NCBI RefSeq assembly: GCF_006345805.1
Contig: NC_042998.1
Span: forward strand, 121,396,001-121,460,000
Direction: 5' to 3'
Length of the DNA stretch: 64,000 bases
Source of the DNA: Octopus sinensis
Lineage: Eukaryota
Below are positions 49,126 to 61,604 of this stretch, in pieces. The translations under genes were made by a program, and so were the position numbers. The notes under the pieces are model-generated. The model worked only from the letters and a program-made list of their open reading frames with translations, did no database searches and had not been told where the DNA came from. The first letter of the stretch is position 1. Every line of letters begins with the position of its first letter.

Positions 49126-49391
49126 TAAAATAGTGTACATTTAAATACTAAGAGAAAACTTGCCTTCAATGGGCAGTATTTACACACAAGAGGATGGCAA
49201 AACTATAAAATCCACATTTAAGAGTAATCTTCAAAGGGAATGAAAAGTAAAAACTTTTACCTTGTTATTATTTTCATTGCTTTTGAAGATTACTCTTAAA
49301 TGTGTTTTGGTCATTTTGACTGCTTTTTCTAGTGTGTAAAAACTGCCTGTTAAAAGCAGTTTTCTCTCGTTTAAATGTGCACTATTTTGTA
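49126..49391. mobile_element. Foldback MITE (~125-bp imperfect arms)
   Basis: AAAATAGTGTACATTTAAA...CACATTTAAGAGTAATCTTCAAA on the left is the reverse complement of TTTGAAGATTACTCTTAAATGTG...TTTAAATGTGCACTATTTT on the right. TA at the ends. Confidence 0.8.
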
Positions 49392-49684
49392 GTGAGAGTA
49401 TGTGTCTCTTGACATTTTATCCATGCTAGGCCACTGGAAGTGAAATTTCTGAAAAAAACCTTGGTACCCTATATTTTATGTGTATAAATGTGCATATATT
49501 TTTATATATATGTATATATACATATATTTATATATGTGTATACATATGTATACGTATCTATACATATGTATGTGTATACATCTATATATATGTATATATA
49601 TATGTGTGTGTGTGTGTATACATATGTATATATGTTCTATATGTGTATACATGTATCTAATATATGTGTGTATATATATATATA

Positions 49685-50330
49685 TCATCATAGCCTAATG
49701 TCCGTTTTCCATGCTGGCACGAGTTGGACGCTTCAACTGGGGTCTGGGACGCCAGGAGGCTTTACTAGGCCCCAATTGGATCTGGCAGCATTTCTACAGC
49801 TGGATTCCCTTCCTAACTCCATCCACTCAAACAGTGTACACAGTGCTTCGTACGTGCCACCTGTATGGAAGCCAGTCAAAGCATGACTGGCATCTGCCAC
49901 ATTAGTACGGTGCTATTTATGTGCTACCGGCACAACTACAATCTCCATGTGAGGAGTTCTTTAGCTTCCAAATCCTTCTCTTTTGGATTGGTCTACTCTT
50001 GGCATCCTACTTGTTTCATGTCTAAAGTCACTAATGACTATTTTATGCTAGTGGTTGCATTCCTCACCTGGGAGGGACTTTGTATTTCAGGGCTACCTTG
50101 TGTCTCGCTGTCTGGTAGGGAAGAAAGCAATCTGGCTAGCAGATTCTCCTAACTGATAGGTTGTCAGGTGGCTGTCTGGCTTCCTGAACTTTGTGTTGCA
50201 GGTTAAAAGGTTACATGCATCACACAACTCCAGTAGTCTAATTTCCTCATTGTTCCATGAAGCAATGCAATAGCCTCCCTGCAAATCTAATCTGGAGTTT
50301 GACTGACAAAAGAGAGCTCTGAATTGCCTG
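49685..50330 (-). mobile_element. RTE tail (49685-49930) joined to an RTE endonuclease fragment (49960-50330)
   Basis: Tail in reverse orientation. RLLELCDACNLLTCNTKFRKPDSHLTTY is an RTE EN motif. Confidence 0.8.
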
Positions 50331-50719
50331 TCCTTGTTTTCTCTTGTCCCTTTTTTTGTATCATCTAACTGTCCGGATGTTTTGTTGTATCATCTCTGGA
50401 TGTTTTGCGTTCTTTTCCCATTTGTTAATATTCGTTTTTTTATATGTATATATGTATGCACGAGCAAAAAGACGGTGCTGAGTTGTCAAATATTTAAACC
50501 AAGTTTTCTCAAAACAGCTTGTCCGACTGTCCCATAGGCCTCCCCTTTGAGAAACACTGATTTAACCTAAATTTGAGACACCAAAGAAAAAGCAATGGAT
50601 TGTTTTCGAGTACTTTGTTTTTTTCAGGAGTCTCTTTTTAATGTAGAGGAAATAGCTAAGGTTCTTTGGCTGCTAAACTTCGGTATGTGGTAAAGCAAAT
50701 CTTTGCTGAACCCTAATTA

Positions 50720-50963
50720 TAAAGTATGTGTATATATGTGTGTGTGTATGTATATATATGTGTGTGTATAGGTATGTATATGTACATATATGTATGTGTA
50801 TATATGTATATATATGTATGTATATATGTATGTATGTATATATGTATGTATATGTATGTATATATATGTATATATATATATGTATATATGTATGTATATA
50901 TATGTATATATGTATGTATATATATGTATATATGTATGTATATATGTATGTAGGTATATATGT

Positions 50964-51004
<41 letters not shown>

Positions 51005-51045
51005 TGTATGTATATATATGTGTGTGTGTATATATATATGTATAT
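50720..51045. repeat. TA/TGTA microsatellite
   Basis: Seen directly. Confidence 0.95.
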
Positions 51046-51057
51046 GTACTCTCTCTT

Positions 51058-51420
51058 TACTCTTTTACTTGTTTCAGTCATTTGACTGCGGCCATGCTGG
51101 AGCACCGCCTTTAGTCGAGCTAATCGGCCCCGGGACTTATTCTTTTGTAAGCCCAGTACTTATTCTATCGGCCTGGGGACGTAAACACACCAGCATCGGT
51201 TGTCAAGCAATGCTAGGGGAACAAACACAGACACACAAACACACACATGCATATATACGACGGGCTTCTTTTCAGTTTCCATCTACCAAATCCACTCACA
51301 AGGCTTTGGTCGGCCCGAGGCTATAGTAGAAGACACTTGCCCAAGGTGCCACGCAGTAGGACGGAATCTAGAACCATGTGGTTGGTAAACAAGCTACTTA
51401 TCACACAGCAACTCCTGCGC
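51058..51420 (-). mobile_element. SINE family A (near full length)
   Basis: Reverse complement of 13464-13847 with an internal deletion. Confidence 0.92.
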
Positions 51421-51451
51421 CTATATATATATACATATTTAAAAAAATTTT

Positions 51452-51502
51452 TAATTTTTATCTAGTTTCAGCTCACAAGCTGTGGCCATGCTGGAACACC
51501 GC
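51452..51502 (-). mobile_element. Extreme 5'-truncated CR1-group LINE tail (~50 bp)
   Basis: TTTTATCTAGTTTCAGCTCACAAGCTGTGGCCATGCTGG matches the LINE 3' end at 17497-17535. Confidence 0.8.
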
Positions 51503-51871
51503 CATATATATATATATATATATATATATGTGTATATGTAATATATGTGTATATGTATATATATGTGATATGTATATATATGTGTATATGTATATGTTGT
51601 GTATATGTATATGTAGTTATATGTGTATTATATGTATGTTATATATATATATGTGTGTAGATATATATATGTATGTATATGTATGTATATATGTGTATAT
51701 GTGTATATGTATATGTGTGTATATATATATATATGTATGTATATGTATGTATATATATGTGTGTATATATATGTGTATATGTATATATATATTATATATA
51801 TATATATATGTATATGTATGTATGTATTGTATGTATGTATATATATATGTATGTATATATATATGTATATG

Positions 51872-51903
<32 letters not shown>

Positions 51904-51915
51904 TATATATGTATG

Positions 51916-51946
<31 letters not shown>

Positions 51947-53035
51947 ATGTATGTATATATATGTATATATATATGTGTGTGTATATGTATATATATATGT
52001 GTGTGTATATGTATGTATATATATGTATATATATATGTGTATATATGTATGTGTATATATGTATGTATATATATATGTGTATATATGTATGTATATATAT
52101 ATGTGTATATATGTATGTGTATATATGTATGTATATATATATGTATATATATATATGTGTATATATGTATGTATATATATATATGTATATATATGTATGT
52201 ATATATATATATGTGTATATGTATATATATATATGTGTATATATGTATGTATATATTATGTATGTATATATGTATGTATATATATTGTGTATATATGTAT
52301 GTATATATATAATATGTGTATGTATGTATATATATATGTGTTATATATGTATAATATAGTTATATGTATATATATGTGTATATATTGATATATATATATG
52401 TGTATATATGTATATATATATATGTGTATATATGTATATATATATATGTGTATATATTATATATATATGTGTATATATGTATATATATATATGTGTATAT
52501 ATGTATGTATATATATATATGTGTATATATGTATATATATAGTGTATATATGTATGTATATATATATATGTGTATATATGTATGTATATATGTGTATATA
52601 TGTATGTATATATATATATGTGTATATATGTATGTATATATGTGTATATATGTATGTATATATATATATGTGTATATATGTATGTATATATGTGTATATA
52701 TGTATGTATATATGTGTATATATGTGTGTATATATGTATGTGTATATGTGTATGTATGTATATATGTGTATATATGTATGTATATATGTATGTATATATG
52801 TATGTGTATATATATATGTATATATGTATGTGTATATATATATGTATATATGTATGTGTATATATATATGTATATATATATGTGTATATGTATATATATA
52901 TGTGTGTATATATATATATGTATATATATATGTGTGTGTATGTATATATGTATGTGTGTATATTATATATATGTATATATATATGTGTGTGTATATGTAT
53001 GGAAACGTATGTATATAAATATACATATATGTATG
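51503..53035. repeat. ~1.5-kb TA/TGTA microsatellite field
   Basis: Seen directly. Generates the longest ORFs in the track, all artefactual. Confidence 0.97.
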
Positions 53036-53039
53036 CATA

Positions 53040-53285
53040 TGCCAGTGGCACGTAAAAAGCACCAACCAATCATGGCCGCTACCAGCCTCCCCTGGCACCT
53101 CTGCTGGTGGCACGTTAAAAGCCCCCACTACAGTCATGGTGTTGTAAGCATTAGGAAGGGCATCCAGCTGTAGAAACACTGCCAGATCAGACTGGAGCCT
53201 GGTGTAGTCTCCTGACTTCCCAGACCCCAGTCGAACTGTCCAACCCGTGCTAGCATGGGAAACAGACGTTAAACGATGATGATGT
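53040..53285 (+). mobile_element. RTE 3' UTR-only insertion
   Basis: GGCACGTAAAAAGCACC subrepeats and (GAT)n tail. Confidence 0.88.
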
Positions 53286-53922
53286 GTATGTATATATATA
53301 TTAGTGTGTATATGGATATATATGTGTGTGTATGTATGTATATATATGTGTGTATATATGTGTATGTAGATGTATATGTTTGTGTGTGTATATACATATA
53401 ATTTTACATACACACACACTCACATATACAGAATAAGAAGTCAATTGTAATTGAACTGCCTAGTGCTTGAATAGTGCTTCAGGAATACACAATTAAGAAA
53501 GTGAACTATAAATACATAGATGTTCTTGTGAAGATGAATGTTTGTATGATAATCAATGAGGTATGTAGATGAGATAGTTACTATAAAATAATTTAAGAGG
53601 ACCTCTGAAAAAGTGTATTGTGACTGCCTTTCCAGGAAGAAACAGGTTGGCATTGTTGAGCTAACTGCAACCATAGCATTTATCTATACTTCTGTCATCA
53701 ATGTTTTAAAATTTTTAAATTTTGAGAGGCATGTAAGATTTGAGAAGTTTTAAAATACAGGTGCTTTGTTGGACCATACTGTTCATGCGAATGATATAAT
53801 TAGGATTTAAGTTCCATGTTAGGATATATTACAACACTATATAGAATAGTATTTTAATCCAAAATATGAATGGTGGCGAGATTAAAATCCTATAGTCTAA
53901 TTATTTTGGTGGAAGAATTTAA

Positions 53923-54000
53923 CCCTTTAGTGTTCGGATAAATTTGTGAAATGTAATGCTTATCTGTTCACATTAATTTTGATTTATTGAGGTTGAAGTG
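53923..54000. mobile_element. piggyBac-type terminus (TTAA|CCCTTTAG)
   Basis: First ~80 bp match one end of the MITE at 63019-63207. Confidence 0.6.
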
Positions 54001-54939
54001 GGGTTTCTACAATATTTGCTCGTAACTTTGTTAATTTTCTAAATTTTGTAAATGGGTGCTTATATGCCAGTGGTGTACGGTTACATAATTTTGGCTGATC
54101 TTTTTGATTAAATTTGACTTTTATGGGCAGGTAAATTTAATTAACAGGTGTAATAACAATAACTATGAATAAACACTAAAATTCATATTCTAAATACATC
54201 TTACCTGTTTGATTTGTTACTAAAAGTATCTCAGATGTCAACTGCCAACAATTTTACATTTTGCAAGATAAGGTACAAAACTCTTTTACTAGTCAATATA
54301 CCATTGGCTATGCACTCTTAAACAATTTAATGAATTCATTTACGTAACAGAATGCATCTAATGGAAAAAGCTTAACAGGTGAGACAAAGATGAATACAAG
54401 TGTGTAACATACTGAAAATTAATATGTATTTCTCACTTTCACATTTTATTTATAATAAAATGAAAAGGAATGTATGATAAAATAATATATAGTTATGACA
54501 TTTTTTTGTCATGAAACTGCTCAAAGCACCCTTTACATAAGGGTACTTTGCAAAAGGAACACATATATGAAGTCTCAATCTGATACACTTTTGCACAGTC
54601 TGCTAACTTTTTTTTGTTTCAACTTTATGGAAGTCAATATTTTCTCTGACATCTACCTCCTAGTCCTGTGCTTTCTAGAAGAAAAGCCTTCAAGTAACTG
54701 AGATGCAATGTCAACCCGAAATTTCAAATGGTCGTAGTCCTTTTGTGGCGGAGGTACCTTGTGGCTTTTTACATATACAATTCTTGATTAACTATAGTTA
54801 AATTAACTAAAAACCACAAAATGTACCTCCACCATTTCTTCCCAGGTCAACCAACTGGGTAATATGCCCGAAATAGATCAGATTTATCAACCCCACCCAT
54901 ATATATTATCACAAATATTCACTAGGGATTTCCCCTCAG

Positions 54940-55440
54940 CGCCAACACCAGGTTGTTCATTAGTAGACAGAAATAAAATCTGTCTTTTGTCTTTGAAAGT
55001 TGTAACTAATAAATTTTTCTTTTGCATTTGTAAAATGTCCATTTTAAAAAAAATTGGTTTCATTTCACAGGATAAACCTTTACGGTTGCCCATAACAGTA
55101 CTACATGTGTAGGTATTTACATGGGCAAGATTTTCTGCCAGAGCCACTAAAGAAAAATTAACAGTCAAAATAGAGGTGTCTGTTGCTGATGGTGAAATGG
55201 TTCAGTAAGAGACCATGCTACATCATGTCCCAATCCATATGGTGTTTCAATTATATTTTTTTACCTGTGTAAACATCGAAGTTTACACAATATCCAGTGT
55301 CTGATTCACAAACTTCCTATAACTTGATCCTCCATTTAGTAGGTTTGGCAAGCATATACTGCTGAAAATGTACTCAGATAAAAGTTTTATAACTATTAAG
55401 GAATAAATCAATTACAGGATGTACTTTGTACAGGGTATCG
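54940..55440 (-). pseudogene. piggyBac (PGBD-like) transposase relic
   Basis: LYKVHPVIDLF...FQQYMLAKPTKWRIKL*EVCESDTGYCVNFDVYTGK...TYTCSTVMGNRKGL...FKDKRQILFLST, with stops and frameshifts. Runs into the N gap. Confidence 0.85.
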
Positions 55441-55540
55441 NNNNNNNNNNNNNNNNNNNNNNNNNNNNNNNNNNNNNNNNNNNNNNNNNNNNNNNNNNNN
55501 NNNNNNNNNNNNNNNNNNNNNNNNNNNNNNNNNNNNNNNN
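55441..55540. other. Assembly gap (100 N)
   Basis: Run of N. True size unknown. Confidence 1.
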
Positions 55541-55850
55541 AATACAGCTGGAAAATCTCGGAGTGCCTTGTCCTGGATTTTGGCATTGAAAGTTACTCCA
55601 ACAGCAAGACTGGGCACCACTGCATGGTGCCAAAGATCCCAACATCACCATCAAAATGCAGGACCAGATACTGCAACAGCTTGGGTTTCAGGGGACCACA
55701 GCTCTTCAATATACTTCCTAATGCCTGATAGACCTGCATAGTGTGGATGTGGGTTTCTTTAAAACTAAACTGGATCTCTTGTTGTCAGGGTTTCCAGATG
55801 AACCTCTCAACAGGAAACACAGATGCGAGCAGCGGCGTCGAACTCCCTTA
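55541..55850 (+). mobile_element. CR1-group LINE ORF2 C-terminal fragment (second subfamily)
   Basis: FGIESYSNSKTGHHCMVPKIPTSPSKCRTRYCNSLGFRGPQLFNILP is homologous to 17570-18088. Confidence 0.9.
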
Positions 55851-56264
55851 TTTCTTAGTAATTGAACTGATAGTTACTTTTGCAATTTGTAAATGTTTTT
55901 TTCCTAAACAATAGATCCATTTCAGTCAGTGAATTTTTCACGAATATACCAACAGTAGCCCCGCTAAGGGTAATATTCTCTGGGAACGCAGAAAAGCCCT
56001 TTTCAGAGTTATTGATTGTGAATTGTTATCTCGTATCTGATTAGCAACTGACTTCGCAATTAGGGTATTCACAACTTATTGGGGATTCCTAAAATGAAGA
56101 TCCTGTGTAAGAGAATTCCATATTCTCTGTGAATGCACAAAAGCCGTTTCAAGGGCTACATACTTTGTATTGTTGGAATTGGATTAGCAAAATAATTATG
56201 AAAACTGAACCAAGGGATAAGCTCCACTCTCCTGTGGATTACCAGGTACTTCATGCATATATAT

Positions 56265-56575
56265 ATATTGTTATATTTCGGAATGGTCATTTTGCCAGTT
56301 TAGCCAATAAAAACACACGCACTATATTTTTTTTTGTTACTTTGCTTCAGTGTTATTTATTTTTTACATTAATCTTAATCTTATTTCGGCCAGAGTTCTT
56401 TCGTCACACTCCTGTGACCGCATCAGTGGTCCTTTGTTTTTTTCTCACTGGCCGAAACAAGATAAAGACTAATGTAAAAAATAAATAACACTGAAGCAAA
56501 GTAACACCAAATATATAGTGCGTGTGTTTTTATTGGCTAAACTGGCAAAATGACCATTCCGAAATATAACAATAT
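56265..56575. repeat. Long near-perfect inverted repeat (foldback element)
   Basis: Arms 56265-56393 and 56448-56575 are reverse complements with few mismatches, around a 54-nt loop. Confidence 0.93.
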
Positions 56576-56629
56576 CTGTTTCAATACACGACTTCACATA
56601 AAAAATCTTGCACAACAAATATTTAAACG

Positions 56630-56631
56630 TA

Positions 56632-56701
<70 letters not shown>

Positions 56702-56787
56702 TATATAGTGTGTGTGTGTATGCATGCTATATATATACATGTATATATATGTGTGTGTGTGTGTGTATGCATGCATATATATACATG

Positions 56788-56818
<31 letters not shown>

Positions 56819-56880
56819 ATGCATGCATATATATATACATGTATATATATGTGTGTGTGTGTGTGTGTGTGCATGCATGC

Positions 56881-56912
<32 letters not shown>

Positions 56913-57090
56913 GTATATATATATGTGTGTGTGTGTCATTGCATGCATATATATGTGTGTGTGTGTGTGTGTGCATGCATGCATATATGTATATATATAT
57001 GTGTGTGTGTGTGTGCATGCATGCATATATATAGATATGTGCGTTTGCATATGTATTTATATTATATATATACACACACATATGCATATA
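56630..57090. repeat. TA/TG/TGCA microsatellite
   Basis: Seen directly. Confidence 0.95.
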
Positions 57091-57111
57091 TGTGAAGGTG
57101 CATGGCTCAGA

Positions 57112-57240
57112 TATGCAGTTTAGTTTTAAAGAGATCCACATTCACACTATGCAGGTCTCTCAGGCATTTAGGAAGTATATTGAAGAGCTGTGGTCCCCTG
57201 AAACCCAAGCTGTTGCAGTATCTGGTCCTGCATTTCGATG
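57112..57240 (-). mobile_element. CR1-group LINE fragment, inverted near-copy of 55650-55780
   Basis: SKCRTRYCNSLGFRGPQLFNILPKCLRDLHSVNVDLFKTKL. High nucleotide identity to the plus copy by eye. Confidence 0.9.
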
Positions 57241-57269
57241 TGTTTGTATATATATATATACACACATTT

Positions 57270-57420
57270 TTGGTAAGAAGTTTGCTTCCCAACCTCATGG
57301 TTCTGGGTTTTGTCTGACTGCATGGCATCTTAAGTAAAAAAAATTTTTCTATAGCCTCAGGTCAACCAAAGCCTTGTGAGTGGATTTGCATGATGGAAAC
57401 TGAAAGAAGCCCAATGTATG
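57270..57420 (+). mobile_element. SINE family A head fragment
   Basis: GGTAAGAAGTTTGCTTCCCAACC...GGAAACTGAAAGAAGCCC. Confidence 0.8.
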
Positions 57421-57469
57421 TTTGTATATATGTATAAATAGATATTCAATAGTTTGGATATATGATTGC

Positions 57470-57660
57470 GTATGAATGAAGACAACTGTATAAAGAAGTG
57501 CCGATTGCTTAATGTGGATGGCACCTGTGGGAGAGGGAGACCCAGAAAGACATAGGATGAAGAAATGAGGGCTAATCTCAAGATGTTGGTCTTCGTTGTG
57601 ATGACTACAGACCGAGATGTCTGGCTATATGAGGTTCTTGAGATGGCCAGCCTTAGTGAA
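57470..57660 (+). mobile_element. RTE ORF extreme C-terminus fragment
   Basis: RMNEDNCIKKCRLLNVDGTCGRGRPRKT matches the end of the RTE ORF near 6710-6790. Confidence 0.75.
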
Positions 57661-58231
57661 ATTGCATTCTAGAAGCACATGTAAGATTAATTCACATACC
57701 CTACTCCTGATGAAACAAATTACATCTCTTCATGCACTATGCTTATCTCTCTGCCCCTTCTACGGTCCAACATCAGTACATCCCCCCCCCCCCCTCATAC
57801 CTGTGTTACACCACTCACAGCATTCCTTGCCAATCCCTCCCCTCTCTTGTACTCCTACACCCTGGGCAATCCTCTACCATTCCATTTATATTAACATCCT
57901 TGTACCTTGAGAGTATACCCTGGTGCATTGCTGTCATCTCTTTTGCTCTCTCTATATTTCTCTCACTCACTCACTCTCCCTGTTCCTCTTTCCCATTGGG
58001 GTGACCATATATCTCCTCCAGAGAGAGACCTAAATCTGTCCCTTTTGTCATACTATAACCTCTCATCATCTAGCATATAGCCACCTTCCTTTACTGACTG
58101 CCTCTTTTTATGAAAGGATCTTTATCCGGCAAGTTACTTGGTGACTGAAACAAATCATAGGGTTAAAGATGGGTATGTTGTATGTGTGTATATATGTGAA
58201 CATATGTATGGATATATGTCTGTGTGTGTGT

Positions 58232-58274
<43 letters not shown>

Positions 58275-58276
<2 letters not shown>

Positions 58277-58620
58277 TCTTTTCAGAGTAGGGTTCTCTGA
58301 CTTCAGTGTACGTGTTGTAGCATTATGGCACTTTGTGAAGACCCCTTGAGGGTCCTCCAAATTGAAGGTGTCCAGGACCTTTGTCACAGCCTTCTTTGTC
58401 TTCATAACAATTATCCTTGAGGTTTTCCTCCAGCTTGGGGACAACCAAATGTCACAGAGCACATGGTCTGGACAGGAGGGTGGGTGAGAGACAGTTTTGA
58501 TACCTATCTCTGTCAAGTAATTGGTTAGTAGGACACTTGTCACTGAGCACCCACAATCTTTGCTCATGTTCAGATCTGCATAAATAATTCTGTGTACATA
58601 TGTGATCTTCATCCAGAAAA
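58275..58620 (-). pseudogene. mariner (Tc1/mariner) transposase C-terminal relic
   Basis: YLTEIGIKTVSHPPSCPDHVLCDIWL corresponds to the mariner HPPYSPDLAPCDFWL motif, followed by KKAVTKVLDTF..ED. Confidence 0.85.
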
Positions 58621-61589
58621 TTGCAGATTTTCTTAACCAGTTCTGATGTCCCTCTCCCTCCCACACTTCTCATTGTCTTTCACCTTAGGAGTATTTCCTA
58701 AATTTCTGTAGCAGTTTTGTCCAGTTTAATACACAACTTTATTGAATTATTTCATAAGTCCCAACTGCATTCTGCAAACTAGTCAGCTATGACAAGCAGT
58801 GTTTAGTAGGGTTCTGTTCAAAGTGCTGTTGCAGCCGTCTCCTTCAATCTGGAATGATCGGTTGGCAGATCAGCTTATTGGATTTATAGTAATGATATAC
58901 TAAGATTACAGTAATCTAGGACAGTTATAACAGCTGCCCTAAAAAGAAGTCTAAACTTCTGGAATTTGTCTGTAAGTGTAATATGTGACAATTTATATAT
59001 TTGTAACTGAATAAGCTATGAGTTTGAGAATATGGATTTTAATGTAAGAATCAAGAATGTTTTATTCCTTTTATTTGTGTGTAAACACAAAAATTATCCT
59101 ATAAGTAGTGAGTGTGTGTGCGCACAACTTGGTAAGAAGGATGGGGCATACAAACCACTGAAAACATCTGTTGGGATGTGTCTTCCATATCTTTGTGTGT
59201 GCATGTAAGAGTGACTATTTGCTATTAAGGTAGCTGACACCTTATCCATAGACATAATTTGGCGGAAAACAGAATTTCAGAATGATAAAAATAAAAAGAT
59301 AGAAATGTGTCTGGGTTTACTTATCTAAATAGCTGATGGAATAGATATATTTTAAGAACCATAAAGCATGAGTAAAGAACAAGGCAGAAAAGTCCTTTTG
59401 CTGATATAGAAACTGATACCAAGTCAGTTGTTTATTATTGAACCTGAAAACAAAAAATCTATCTTTTTTTCTGTTCTCTTTTCATCTTTGATTTGGTGAT
59501 TTGTTTTGTTTGTAATATGCAAATGTGATCCAGCAACTTCACCCAATTTGATGTATATTCCTGATAATTCACATTCTTTCAGCAAATGTCTTTTATATGT
59601 GATTCTGATGAGTTTTATTTTGCATGTGTCCTTTTAATGGCACCTGGTGAATAAATAATCAATACTTTGCATATATTATTGCATATGGCAACATTGGGAT
59701 TGATTTCAGATGAAACAATTGAAAATTGATGTATCAAGTGAACCTGTTCACATTATTGTCTTTGTAATTATATGCGTAATGTTTGAGTGCATGTGTACGT
59801 ATGTGTAAGTGTACATGTATATATGTATGCATACAGTGTATATATGTATGTAATATACACATGTTAAAGAGGGTATCCATCCATAGAAATAATACCAAAG
59901 CAAAGCTTGGTGCAGTCTTCTGACTTCCCAGCTCCAGTCAAAACATCCAGCCCATGCCAGCATGGAAAATGGACATTAAATGATGTTGTATATTTATACA
60001 GCTCTATTCTCTGCTTTGGTATGGATTCTACAACTAGATACCCTTCCTAACTTCTTTACTAAGTGTATTGAGTGTTGGGCTTTTGCCAAGTGCTGAGATG
60101 TTAGGTGTAATATGAGAATAGTAACTGGTGTCTTGCATTAGAAGAAATACATGGCTACACCAGTTGCAAAAGGATAAGGAGAAGGTTGTAAAAATATGTT
60201 ATGTTGCACTTTCTAGTTCTTGGATGGGGTATAGAAGTGGTACAGATGATTGCTTGAGTAAGCAAGAAGATAAAAGAAGAGTGGGAGATATGTGTATGCA
60301 TGTATTAATATGCTTGTGTGTGTTTGTATATGTGCATGTATATATATGTGTATATATGGTTATGCATATAGACATATCAGTGCATGAATGTAGTGGGAAC
60401 ACGTGCTTTAGTGGTTAGGGTATTATACATCATCATAACCCTTTTTTCCATGATGGCATAGGTTTGGCTGGCTGGGCTCCATGTCTGTTTTAGCATGGTT
60501 TCTACAGCTGGATGCCCTTCCTACCATCAACCACTTTACAGAATGTACTGGGTGCTTTTTATGTGGCACCCATATACATACATATAGTTATGTGCCTATG
60601 TATGTATGTGTGTGTGTATTTTATGTATTCTTTTATGTATTTAAGCCACTGTTAGCTACCCATTAACTTGCTAATAACCAGTCTGGCAACAATAGTTGTA
60701 GTTTTGACATAACAATGTATGTCACAACAATGGTTGTATGTCAACCCAATACAGTTGTTGTTGGTTGGGGGGGGGGGTCCTATGGCTCAAGCAACAAGCA
60801 AAGTGGCCATGAACCTGACAGCCCTTCAACTACTTATAATCAGAGTATTCCCTTTTGTCTTTTCATTTCCATTTGTAGATCCATAGGAATAAAGCAATAT
60901 TTTACTTAAAAAACAGTTTTTTTGTGCTTTTTTTCCCCTGCCTTATTTGTTATGGATGGTTATTGATTGCTATCACTGGAATTACCTTCAGTTCAAGCCA
61001 TCAAGTGGAACTCAAGGCAGTAGTGCAAAAAAAATGTATTGGATGTTAAACTTGATATTTTGAAAGGGCTTAACACATGAACCAATAAGTCATGTTGCCA
61101 AAACATTAACCTGGCTTAAATAATTACTAGCCATAATTAGCCTCCTATACCTAGTCTATGATATCACTCTAAACATAAATAAATTATGTCATCCAAATCT
61201 CATAGATTTGACATAATTCAAGATAAAACAATTCCTACCTAAATACAATTAACGTTTTTCAACAACATGTTTGAAGTAGAGATGGATATTTTTGTAAATG
61301 CCAAAATGGCTTCAGGAGGTAATGATACTGATTTAAACTTTAAAAATGTAAAATGAAAAGGAAAAGTTAACAGTGACTTATATTCAAATGAACCGCATAT
61401 GTTTCTGAATTTTTGATAAAGTTATTTTCATAGTAGAAGTCATGAGCTTCAGGGTGCCATTCAAAACCGTATGGTGACATAGTTGAACATACAACACTAC
61501 TATTCCAGATTTCACTGAAAATACTGGTCCACAATGATATCTTTCTTTTTTTTTTCTCTCTCTCTCTCCTCCCCATTCAACCTTTAGAT

Positions 61590-61604
61590 CAGGGGTTCTC
61601 AACC
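61590..61604 (+). mobile_element. Isolated hAT-like terminal inverted repeat
   Basis: CAGGGGTTCTCAACC resembles Charlie/MER5-type TIRs. No partner end found. Confidence 0.35.

Noticed and set aside
47788-53419. Long ORFs of 130-336 aa rich in Y/I/C/V/M/H/T (also 17066-17467 and 56608-57141)
   Set aside because: They are translations of TA/TG/TGTA microsatellites, open in several frames on both strands, with no protein signal.
53638-53732. Possible further plus-strand exon after a CTTTCCAG acceptor
   Set aside because: The only open frame does not match the phase-0 end of the 40780 exon, and the peptide is uninformative.
55992-56010. AAAAGCCCTTTTCAGAGTT resembling a histone 3' stem-loop
   Set aside because: The stem has mismatches, there is no upstream histone ORF, and no downstream element was seen.
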